50,155 nucleotides of DNA from Octopus bimaculoides (lineage: Eukaryota): positions 5,420,856-5,471,010 of the forward strand of contig NC_068990.1 in assembly GCF_001194135.2 (NCBI RefSeq). The letters run 5' to 3'. Made by a program: the position numbers and the translations under genes. Below are positions 14,064-24,924 of the stretch, piece by piece (position 1 is the stretch's first letter; each line of letters begins with the position of its first letter). The notes beneath the pieces are model-generated. The model did not search any database. It saw nothing but the letters and a program-made list of their open reading frames with translations, and was not told the origin of the DNA.

Positions 14064-14705
14064 GTGGCAGGGCGCCAGAATTGTTAGCACACCAGGGGAG
14101 ATACTTAGCAGCATTTCATCTCTCTTCAGATTCTGAGTTCCAGTTCCATCGAGGTTGACTTGGCTTTTTATCCTTTCAGGGTTGGTAAAATAAGTACTAG
14201 TTGAGTACTGGGGTCAATGTAATCAACTAACCCTTTACCCCGAAATTGCTTGTACCAAAATTTGAAATCAGTATATATTCTTAGCCTTCAGTATGCTTTA
14301 ATGTAGTCTTATTTATTGTATTATCGTAATTATTACTAAAGCGGTGAGTTGGCAGAATCATTAGCACACTGGATGAGGTGCTTAGCAATATTTCACCCAT
14401 TGCTACTTTCTTAGTTCAAATTCTGCCAAGGCTAACTTTGCCTTTCATCCTTTCAGACTTAATAAATTAAGTACCAGTGAACCACTGGGGTCGATATGAT
14501 TGAATAGTCCCCTCCCCAAAATTTTCAGGCCTGTGCCTATGGTAGAAAGGGTTATTATTATTATTACTAACTAAAATACCACTGAGGTTGACTTTGCCTT
14601 TCATCCTTCCAGGGTTGATAAAATAAGTACCAGTTGAACACTGGGATCAATATAATTAACTCATCTCCTCCCCAAAAATTGCTGCCCTGTGGCAAAATTT
14701 GAAAT
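14064..14705 (+). mobile_element. Three consecutive SINE family A copies (~14064-14270, ~14341-14555, partial ~14575-14705)
   Basis: Repeated gagtt(c)aaattc / ttgactttgcctttcatcc / aataagtaccag / ctggggtc motifs. Confidence 0.8.
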
Positions 14706-14706
14706 C

Positions 14707-14726
14707 ATTATTATTATTACTATTAC

Positions 14727-14772
<46 letters not shown>

Positions 14773-15170
14773 GATGTCGCACAGTATACAATATTGTGAG
14801 GTTGTTGATTGAAGATATTGTGTCTACCGGGGTTTATACCATTTGTCAAGTCACAACAAGGACCTCAGACTGACAATACTTTACGCAATATGCATGCAGT
14901 TCCAAGTAATGCCAACTTTTGGAATACATCTAGATTGTAGGGTATCTCTAAGGTTTTCACATGTTTTTTCAGATTGTGTGGTATTGAACCCAATGCTCCG
15001 ATGACAATAGGGAAACCTTTATGATCGACTCTCATAGCTGCCACATCTTAGCGATCTCAATTCTCAGGTCTCCATATTTATCAACTTTTTCTCTTTCTTT
15101 CATAGTGATATATTGATCTCCTGGCACTGCTACATTGGTTATTAGGCACTCTTGTTTGTCCCTATATTGT
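14707..15170 (-). mobile_element. 5'-truncated R4/Dong-type non-LTR retrotransposon: restriction-like endonuclease C-terminus, 3' UTR and (TAA)n
   Basis: Minus strand reads KQECLITNVAVPGDQYITMKEREKVDKYGDLRIEIAKMWQL*, then after a 1-nt frameshift PIVIGALGSIPHNLKKH...FQKLALLGTACILRKVLSV* (stop at 14865-14867). A short 3' UTR ends in the (TAA)n run at 14707-14771. Confidence 0.85.
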
Positions 15171-15192
15171 ACCTATATATATATATGCCCAC

Positions 15193-15263
15193 GGGCATAT
15201 GGTGTCATGGTTAAGAGCACATGCTACTAACCCCAAGATTCCAAGTTTGCTTCCAGGCAGTGA

Positions 15264-15343
<80 letters not shown>

Positions 15344-15480
15344 GTTACAATAACATCAAAAAATACCTTAGGAATGAGAACTCAGGTTCGAAATTTCCCC
15401 ATGACACCTGATGAAGACTGGAGGGTATATCAGCCGAAACATTGTGTTAACAACAAACGAGATGAGGACAAATATCCATC
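15193..15480 (+). mobile_element. Composite small element: tRNA-like head, (AAT)n, hammerhead ribozyme
   Basis: A-box-like tggtgtcatgg (15200-15210), anticodon-loop-like ctactaa (15224-15230), B-box-like gtttgcttcc (15245-15254), (AAT)n at ~15268-15343, then an HHR core at 15402-15449. Confidence 0.65.
15402..15449 (+). ncRNA. Minimal type I hammerhead ribozyme with two substitutions
   Basis: Stem I tgacac/gtgtta. Core CTGATGA (15408-15414) plus an extra A. Stem II gactgg/tcagcc (one A-C mismatch). GAAAC (15436-15440), then ATT cleavage triplet; ACAT where the palindromic ACGT is expected. Confidence 0.75.
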
Positions 15481-16760
15481 ACTTGTCATGAGTTCTTTGA
15501 CAAAAAATATTTGATGTTGGGTGAATTGCTCTTCATACATAACAATGCACAGGATTCTGTCCAAGATATGGAGTTGGCAGCTCATGAATTGTGGCTTGCC
15601 ATAGCCTTTGTTGAAGAACTTTCTCTGCAGTCTAACCACTACCCCATTCTTTCATCCAGCATTCACACTTATCGTATCAGCAATAATCATTGAGATTACG
15701 CCCCACAAGTGAAATTCGTCCAACATGTTTTTCAATCCTTCTGCAATGATCTCAGCCCTGCCATCACACAGCTTCAGTGCAACCAGCTAGATTTCACCTG
15801 CTTCATTCTTGATGACAACTGCTTGATGTTCATTTCCATCAGCATGTTTACCATTGAAATGCAAGCTTCATCTCTGATTGTGTAGCATATTGATGAAGTA
15901 TTTCTTCATTTCACCAGCTTTCTTGAAGAGTGCCATGTAAATGCCTTGCTGACTAGGAGCTAGGATATCAATTCCCTCCTCTGACAACTGCTTGCAGATT
16001 TTCGCAGCTTTGCTGGTAGAGACATTTGTTCCAGTTACATGTCTCTTACAAATTGCAGATCTGTTGTGCCGTCTTGTGGAGATATAAGTCCCATCACTAT
16101 CACTAACATTTTGACCAACTTTATCATCTTCACCATAATTGTACTCTTCATATATTCTTCTTCAGAATCACTGTCAGTATCCAGGGCAATTGGGTTTGAT
16201 AAAGAATGGGAGGCTTCAACATCAGAGCATTTTCTCTTGGAAGGATGGATAGTGTGCTTGCTTGCAGCTTTGCCTGTCGATTAGCCCACTTTGCCCTTGC
16301 TTTGGAGTGGGATGAAGTACAGCTTTTTGTCATCAGCATTGAGCCATTCACTGTGGATTTTGATGATATCGAACAGTTCTAATGGCTCAAATTTCCCTTT
16401 CTTGGTGCATTTTTCATACAAATGAAGCACATTATCAAGCCTGAACTATATTGCTTGCTCGGAAATGATTGGAAAATTCAGTAGTGTCACTTCTCTTGAT
16501 AATTCCAACACTCTCTCCTTTCTGCCTTTAACTGATTTCCCAAGAAACTGGTACCAACCAACTATCTGCTCCTTGAGTGGCATGTGGCATTCGGTTTCTG
16601 CTGGCCAGTGAGGCTTCTTCTACAGGCACATGACTTCTAGATGAATAGGACAGGAACTGTGCCAAATTTCTCCTCCATTTCTCCTTGTTCTTCTGAACAA
16701 CTTTGAAGCTTTTCTTGAATGACATACCACTAGCAATCATGCAGAACTCACACTGAAACC
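15481..16760 (-). mobile_element. Decayed hAT-superfamily (hATm-like) transposase
   Basis: Minus strand reads ...R*SLHFNGKH...LCDGRAEIIAEGL...LWGVISMIIADTISVNAG*KNGVVVRLQ...PQFMSCQLHILDRIL, i.e. the FDGK, DTTxVNTG..GV and CxHH motifs with substitutions. Several stops and a frameshift. Confidence 0.75.
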
Positions 16761-16890
16761 ATTTGACTGCGGCCATGCTGGAGCACCGCATTTATACTTA
16801 TGTGTAAAAGCTCATCTAAATATGATACAGGAAATTGTTTTTGAGGAAAAAGATTAAAAAGTTGTATTCCTAATATATATATATATATAT

Positions 16891-17776
16891 NNNNNNNNNN
16901 NNNNNNNNNNNNNNNNNNNNNNNNNNNNNNNNNNNNNNNNNNNNNNNNNNNNNNNNNNNNNNNNNNNNNNNNNNNNNNNNNNNNNNNNNNNNNNNNNNNN
17001 NNNNNNNNNNNNNNNNNNNNNNNNNNNNNNNNNNNNNNNNNNNNNNNNNNNNNNNNNNNNNNNNNNNNNNNNNNNNNNNNNNNNNNNNNNNNNNNNNNNN
17101 NNNNNNNNNNNNNNNNNNNNNNNNNNNNNNNNNNNNNNNNNNNNNNNNNNNNNNNNNNNNNNNNNNNNNNNNNNNNNNNNNNNNNNNNNNNNNNNNNNNN
17201 NNNNNNNNNNNNNNNNNNNNNNNNNNNNNNNNNNNNNNNNNNNNNNNNNNNNNNNNNNNNNNNNNNNNNNNNNNNNNNNNNNNNNNNNNNNNNNNNNNNN
17301 NNNNNNNNNNNNNNNNNNNNNNNNNNNNNNNNNNNNNNNNNNNNNNNNNNNNNNNNNNNNNNNNNNNNNNNNNNNNNNNNNNNNNNNNNNNNNNNNNNNN
17401 NNNNNNNNNNNNNNNNNNNNNNNNNNNNNNNNNNNNNNNNNNNNNNNNNNNNNNNNNNNNNNNNNNNNNNNNNNNNNNNNNNNNNNNNNNNNNNNNNNNN
17501 NNNNNNNNNNNNNNNNNNNNNNNNNNNNNNNNNNNNNNNNNNNNNNNNNNNNNNNNNNNNNNNNNNNNNNNNNNNNNNNNNNNNNNNNNNNNNNNNNNNN
17601 NNNNNNNNNNNNNNNNNNNNNNNNNNNNNNNNNNNNNNNNNNNNNNNNNNNNNNNNNNNNNNNNNNNNNNNNNNNNNNNNNNNNNNNNNNNNNNNNNNNN
17701 NNNNNNNNNNNNNNNNNNNNNNNNNNNNNNNNNNNNNNNNNNNNNNNNNNNNNNNNNNNNNNNNNNNNNNNNNNNN
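16891..17776. other. Assembly gap between (AT)n and (AC)n
   Basis: Run of N. Other gaps at about 4938-4947, 23401-23543, 27965-28128, 31140-31334, 37665-37701, 40942-41222, 46031-46091 and 48232-49048. Confidence 0.99.
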
Positions 17777-17850
<74 letters not shown>

Positions 17851-18644
17851 ACACACATGCAAAAATGAATGTTCATTATGTTTACAGGAGACACATTTGA
17901 AATGGATTCAGAGAAGTTTCTATTATAAACAAACATAAAAATATCTTATTTCCAACTGAAAAAGCACAGTTATATGCATTAGTTTATGCAATATGTGAAG
18001 ATATGTGATGTAGTAGAAGGGATGTTTCTCTCACAATCTTTAGGCTGTGGGTTCAGTTCTCAGATCTTATGACGTCCTTGAGCAAAGCACTTAATTCCAT
18101 TTTGTCTCAGTCCATTCAATTGGAAATGAGTCCTAGAGACAGCTGGGAGTTTATCTTTGCAATGGACTGGCGTCATCTCATTCAAAACGATTTTTGTATT
18201 CTCAGTGGCTTAAATGTCATGCAAACTAAGTAAGGCTCTGGCCCAGTTGGCTTGTTGGGGCTTGAGACAAAAGAAGAAATTTCAAATATTTACTTTCATT
18301 CACAGCTATAAGTTTTTCCAAAACTTAGCCAACACAAGTGAGTTTGACCGAGAAACTTATACCATACATTCAATAATTATTTAGTTGCCTATGTAATTGT
18401 GAGCAGATATAGGCATCTTCTCACAACTTGTGTCCTTGATCCAGTGGAATATTGAGGATGTCACAACTGAGAGAAGAGAAGTCTGCATCAGCACTAGACT
18501 AGTATTCATTTACAGTTTATTAGATTTGCTTACAATACTATAACATGTGAAGAGATGCTATAAAATGTGAAGTTGGCAAAGGAAAATATCACATAAAATA
18601 AAAATTTGAGAAAATTTAATGACACCTACATTTCATTATAATTG

Positions 18645-18860
18645 GCAAGCTGACAGAAACCTTAGCATGTCTGGCAAACTACTTAGCAGCATTTCATCCA
18701 TCCTTACATTCTGAGTTCAAGTTACGCCGATGTCGACTTTGCTTTTCATCCTTTAGGGTGTCGATGAAATAAGTACCAGTTACGCATTGGGGTCGATGTA
18801 ATCAACTAGCCTCATCCCCCACAAAATTCCAAGCCTCGTACCTGTAGTAGAAAGGATTAG
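18645..18860 (+). mobile_element. SINE family A
   Basis: ttctgagttcaag...gtcgacttt...tcatccttt...aataagtaccagttacgcattggggtcgatgtaatc...gtagtagaaaggatt. Confidence 0.8.
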
Positions 18861-19930
18861 AATTTAGAATATTTATGAAAGATATATGATTTAAACTAAA
18901 TCCATCTTATTTCTCACCATATTCCCTGCAGTGAACTGTAAAGCAAAGATTACTGCATAAATCAGTGGTTCCATAAAGGTATGTTGCATCCCTGGGCTAT
19001 GAGTTGTAGCTAAGTACATCGTGAATATTATTACTATATATTAACAAAATGCAAAATAAGGATTTGCAATGAAAATTAAATGAAGTTAAGCATAGAAAAT
19101 ATTCAAGTATAGAAAACGCAGTTAAAACAAATCAAACTCATTTGATCTACTGATAGTTATGCTTTATTAATTGAACCAAAAATTGAGTACTCAATAATTG
19201 TCTTGAATTATTTAAATTTTATTTGTATGTTAAAATACATGTCTACTATTTTAGAAGACAACTCTTTTTCCCTTATGCACAATATGTGCTAAAATGCTTT
19301 TATTTGTTTTAAAATGAATTGCAAGTCAAAAAGCTGAATCATCCCACCACTCTAGCAATATCTACATACTGAATTTTTCACTACGGTCATTTCGGTATTA
19401 AGAGCATAAACATTTGCATACAAATATACTTATTTGTTAAAACTATGTCAAGCTGTTGATTAAAATATGCATCTGAGCTGCAGGATAAATTTCAAATACA
19501 CAAACTGTGGATTTAAACTTAACTTTTAAAGCGATGCACGTTCATTACTGAATCATTTCATCCACATGTAAGCAATCCATTCGTATGAAATCAATCCCCC
19601 CAAAAGCGAAAAGCTTGCGATGCAAGACTGTTACCTCTCTCATCATCAAGTTATTGCCTGATAGGGTTTGTATTTTAGGTTGCTCGATTGCACACAAGTT
19701 TCAGTTATTTTAATAAACATTGTATGAGTTGACTTCTTCAGACATGCTACATTTGAGTGCCAAGGAAGTAGAGTTGTTTCACGATTTGAGCGAAGGGTTG
19801 TGTTGTGTATAACAGGCTTTGAATTAGTTTGCAGTAAGTCCTATATTTAATGTTTCCGTGCCACAGAAAATTTTCATCAGTTCTTTCCATAGGCATTTAT
19901 TCATAAGTGGAAATTAGCCATATCTTATGT

Positions 19931-20312
19931 CTTTTACTTGTTTCCGTCATTAGACTGTGGCCATACCGGGACACTGCCTTGAAGAATTTTAGTAGAATGA
20001 ATCGACTTCAGTGGTATTTTTTGCAAGTATTGGTACTTGTTCTATCAATCCCTTTTACCGAACCGCTAAGTTACGAGGCGTAAACACACCATCATCAGTT
20101 GTCAAACGATGGTGGGGGACATATTCAAGAACACACATACACACACACACACACACACACATGCGACATTGTTCTTTCAGTTTCCGTCTACCAAATCCAC
20201 TTACAAGGTTTTGGTTGGCCTGAAGCTATAGTAGAAGACACTTGCCCAAAGTGTCTTGCAGTGAGACTGGACTCGGGACCGTGTGGTTGGGAAACACAAT
20301 CACGCCTGTGTC
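19931..20312 (-). mobile_element. SINE family B, near full length, with internal (CA)n
   Basis: Contains gaagacacttgcccaa (CORE-like, reverse complement), accaaatccac and ccgctaagttacg, all shared with the other family B copies. Confidence 0.85.
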
Positions 20313-21276
20313 TATAAATCAGTAAACGTATATCCACACCGATCTTCATGTCGGAGTAATTGCATAGAATATCCAGAAATTTAGTTATGGTTAGAAATGT
20401 TTGACACTATATTACTGAGTCAAACTGCTATTAAAGATGTTATGGTACCAGTAAGAAGTGGAGGAGAGTGTAAACTTATTAATGTTAGGAAGTGCTTTCA
20501 TATATTTGTCGACATGTTCATGCTGTATTGCGAGTTAAAGCATATTATTTTCCTATTTTGTTAATTACTTATCTTGTCGGTGAAGAGTTTTCTATTAAAC
20601 TTCAACTTCTCAATAAAACTCCTTTTTGTCAATGGTATTATAATACGAGATTATTTCATTTGATATATTCTTGCCTCTTAATTGTTTGAAAATAGCCTAC
20701 AAATACTGCCTGTAATGTATTTAGTAATTGTAGCTGGGTAGTTAGATGATTTGTTATTATATTATTGTTTCGCTATTTTATGAACAATATTTATCTATAA
20801 GTATTGTCTATCTATGTGCAGGTTTAGTGTTATACCAAAGAAATTTACTATTTTCAGAAATTCTTATGAAATCAGCAGCATACTAAATACTGTTTTTCTA
20901 GGTTTGTTCAAACTGCGTCAGCTCATATCATATCATAGATTGCTTGAAGCAGTAAGACAAAATTCAGGTAACAGTCAACACGAACTATAGAGCAAATTTA
21001 ACTCTACTCACAGTACTAAGTTCCCACCATCATTAAATATTCCATTGTTATTCTTAATCTTGCTAACCTAGACTTAATATTTAAACATTCACATATATTA
21101 TATATGTACGTGCACACATTTTCTCTTAAAATTGAACCAGTATGAAAACAAAAGAATTCGGTGTATTAAAGCATAATTTTATGTTAAAACCACATGTGAT
21201 CTTGTGGCAGGAGTTTAGAGGTTATACCTTACATTTGTTATCAAAACGTTATAGTTGTTATAATGAGTGCAGTTCT

Positions 21277-21604
21277 TATTTCTTTACTGCCCACAAGGGG
21301 CTACACACAGAGGGGACAAACAAGGACAGACAAACGGATTAAGCCGATTACATTGACTCCAGTGCGTAACTGGTACTTAATTTATCGACCCCGAAAGAAT
21401 GAAAGGCAAAGTTGACCTCGGCGGAATTTGAACTCAGAACGTAACTGCCGACGAAATACCTATTTCTTTACTGCCCACAAGGGGCTACACACAGAGGGGA
21501 CAAACAAGGACAGACAAACGGATTAAGTCGATTTTATCGACCCCAGTGCGTAACTGGTACTTAATTTATCGACCCCGAAAGGATGAAAGGCAAAGTCGAC
21601 CTCG
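21277..21604 (-). repeat. Head-to-tail dimer of a 5'-truncated SINE family A variant (unit 184 bp)
   Basis: tatttctttactgcccacaaggggctacacacagaggggacaaacaaggacagacaaacggattaag starts at both 21277 and 21461. The second unit ends at gtcgacctcg. Confidence 0.9.
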
Positions 21605-22548
21605 ATCTGCTGGAAACAACAGTTGCATCTCCTTAAAACCGCATTTTGCTGTCTTAGAAAAGAATATATACTGGAATTGGAAAAAAATATGAAGGTTGGA
21701 ATGCCTTTGTTCAAAGGTTTGCTCGTTTAAGCTATCATGGACTAAAAATCAACAGCAAAAGCTTTTCTATCAGTGAAAAGATAGAAACGTTTGATAGATA
21801 TGTTACCTACTTTTCTATGCCTACTTCGTAGATACTCTCTCACAAGAAGTTTATAAGTCTATTGTAAACATATTTGGGTGTAATGTGTTTGTTGGATTTC
21901 ATGCACTGTTTCTGTAAAATGAAGTTCTGATCTTATTAAGTTAACACTAATATGCAATCTATACTCACTTATGTATAATATGGAACTGTATGCTGTAATA
22001 TTTCCACAGAATTTCGATATCAAACAGACGATATTAAACAGATCCAAGAGAATTTGTAAGGTGTCAGTAAGTTTTGGGCTATAAGTCTTCAACGGATGCT
22101 AATGAAAGCCTGACGACAGTTTTAAGGAACCAGTAACTGCAAACCGATCAATCAATAACTATGCTGTATTTGGACATCAATATCTGGGACAGGGAACATA
22201 AATAAATAAATTAATAAATTAATAAAAATGAAAATGAAAAGCTTTATAAAAGTTAGTTGATTGATGTAAGTATCTCTGACACAGAAGAAAAAAAATGAGT
22301 AGTGCTATAGAAATTGGTCGCCCACATAAATAGATATCGATTTTAAAAGGAATGAAGTGAATTTCTAATAAGGAATGCACTGATGCTATATCAAGACTGT
22401 GACTTCACAATTATTCTTGTGGTCACTAACAACCTGTTATTGACAAGCTATTATTCCGCTAGACAGAAAATGAATATTGAGTATTGTAAATATAGATACA
22501 TACATATATATGTGTATGAGATAAATAATCTTCCACCCACGTCTATAA

Positions 22549-22592
<44 letters not shown>

Positions 22593-22650
22593 ACATACGT
22601 ACATACATACATACATACACACAAACACATTGCAAGATAGAGATGAAAAG

Positions 22651-22692
<42 letters not shown>

Positions 22693-23639
22693 ACGTATTT
22701 ATTGAACGAGACGAAAATGTTCTGCACCGAATGATAGTATGTTTTCTATGATAGTTTATTTCTGGAAGCAGTGAGATTAAATTTTCTTCAGATTTCATAG
22801 CATCGACTTAATTGAAAATATCTCAGTATATTATCCCGAGCTTTGAAAACACGAAGTAATTAAGTAATTATTAAAATAAATGTTTTTGAGATTTTAAAAT
22901 TTAATCTTTTCTGTGAAATTTGTATTATCATGCAAATTATTTGGAAATTAGTAAAATGACAAACGAAAGCCTCACATCATATCAAATATCTTGTACAATA
23001 TGAAATTGTTTAGTTTCTCTGTAAATAAATTTGTCAAACAGCCAAGACAAAATGTACGTTGCGTAAGTGCTATAATTGGTCATCCGTTAGGTTCCAAGTT
23101 CACAGTGAAGGCTGGAGCTAAAGATTCGTAGGTATATATTAAATGAAAATGGACAACAAAACCAAGGCAGGACGAGTATCTCAAGTCCTTTAGAGTATTT
23201 GATAAGAGTAAAGTGAATAAAAATGGAAGTAGAAATAATTATTATTTTGCAGCTGTTTCGGGGATATCCCAGTGGATGAATCAGCATCTCCATACACTGT
23301 TTTTTCCGTTATCAGAGACAAGGTGTCTATGTAAGAAAGTTCTAGATAGAGAATTTACAATGTATAAAAGAATAAAACATGTATGTTTGTTTATATATAT
23401 NNNNNNNNNNNNNNNNNNNNNNNNNNNNNNNNNNNNNNNNNNNNNNNNNNNNNNNNNNNNNNNNNNNNNNNNNNNNNNNNNNNNNNNNNNNNNNNNNNNN
23501 NNNNNNNNNNNNNNNNNNNNNNNNNNNNNNNNNNNNNNNNNNNAATATATATGATATAAATAATATATAATTATATGCATATATCCATACATATATGTAC
23601 ATACCTACATCTATATGTATACATGCATGCATATAAGGT

Positions 23640-23903
23640 ACAGGAGATCACCAAAAAACGTTAAACACAATGAGAAACGAAAACATAAAGACGAAAACAG
23701 AAAACGAACTTTTTTTCGAGCAACGAAAAAAGCAAACAGAGAAACGAGACATACAACATAAAGAATATTTCCCTTCATCAGTTGTCCCTGTCCATCTACA
23801 CCGCTGCGAAGGTAAGGACAATACGCGACTTCGTTGGAACAGTCCTTCCCGCAAAGCAAATTAAATAAAATTTGGAATTTTTTGCGGAGGATGAAAGTGT
23901 TGA
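23640..23903 (-). mobile_element. Strand-skewed ~260-bp repeat-like segment containing a hammerhead-like fold
   Basis: A-rich on plus and T-rich on minus, lying between microsatellites. HHR-like core at 23760-23848. Confidence 0.4.
23760..23848 (-). ncRNA. Candidate type II-permuted hammerhead ribozyme
   Basis: Minus strand: ...TTCCAAC GAA G TCGCG TA TTGTCC (28-nt loop) GGACAA CTGATGA A GGGAA... Perfect 6-bp stem I directly abutting the GUA triplet and CUGAUGA. Position 15.1 is G instead of A. Confidence 0.45.
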
Positions 23904-23926
23904 GAGAGAGAGAGAGAGAGAGATAA

Positions 23927-24347
23927 GCACAAGAGAGGCTGTATAATAAGAACCTTGCTTGCCAACCACAACCACATGGTTCCGGGTTCAGTCCCACTGA
24001 GTAGCACCTTGAATAAGTATCTTCTATAGCTTCGGGCCAACCAAAGCCTTGGGTGGATTTGGTAGACAGAAACTGAAAGAAGCCCGACGTATGTATATAT
24101 ATGTGTGTGTGTGTGTGTGTGCGTGTGTGTGTGTGTGTGTGTGTCTGTGTGTCTGTGTTTGCTCCCCACCCCACAATCGCTTGACAACTGGCGTTGGTGT
24201 GTATATGTCCCCGTAACTTAGCCGTTCGGCAAAAGTGACCGATAGAATAAGTAGCATGTTTACAAAGAATAAGTCCTGGGGTCGATTCGTTCGACTAAAG
24301 GCGGTGTTCCAGCATGGCCACAGTCAAATGACTGAAACAAGTAAAAA
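23927..24347 (+). mobile_element. SINE family B, full length, with internal (GT)n
   Basis: tRNA-like head (ggttccgggttcagtccc), CORE-like caccttg..aagt.tcttc, (GT)n and tail ccagcatggccacagtcaaatgactgaaacaag. Confidence 0.9.
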
Positions 24348-24418
24348 CTTATATGAATCTATATATACACACACATATATACACACATACATACATACAT
24401 ACATACATGCATACAAAC

Positions 24419-24450
<32 letters not shown>

Positions 24451-24892
24451 ATATGTATGTATGTATGCATAAACACACAAATAGTGTTTTATATTTTAAA
24501 AAAAGGCAAGAAACAAAAAGTGCATAACTCACTGATCAGAGTTGACCGGGTCGAAATAACTACTGAAAAATTCTCATATTCTTGGTGCATAATAAACAAA
24601 AATAGAGAGAAACTCATCTCTGTGTGTGCGCGCGTGCGCGAATCTGCATATATCTCAGTAGTAAGATATGTGTACGAATAAATAGCTATTTGCAGAATAT
24701 TTTCAAGATAATTAAGTGTTATAATTTTAAAAAGACGAGTCTGGAATCACAGCCAAATTTATAGCCGGGTCAACTGGTTTACGTTACAATATATTTTATT
24801 GGAATTCAAAAATATATATATTCATATCTACTTTATCAATAAATTTCAATTCTCTGCTCCCCCTCCCTGCATCCGCATCTGCCTCTTCCTTC

Positions 24893-24924
<32 letters not shown>

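Noticed and set aside
15193-15266. tRNA-like sequences here and at 25404-25475 as genuine tRNA genes
   Set aside because: Stems are mismatched, boxes are degenerate, there is no T-run terminator and both are embedded in repeat-like context, so they are treated as SINE heads.
16748-17936. Long ORFs of 330-368 aa, and similar X-rich ORFs at 23.3, 27.9, 31.1, 40.9, 46.0 and 48.2 kb
   Set aside because: They are translations through N-gaps and (AC)/(AT) microsatellites, not genes.
19630-19660. Minus-strand ATG ATG AGA GAG|GTAAC, an MRE start reminiscent of tubulin
   Set aside because: No downstream tubulin exon was found in the window; four codons are not evidence.
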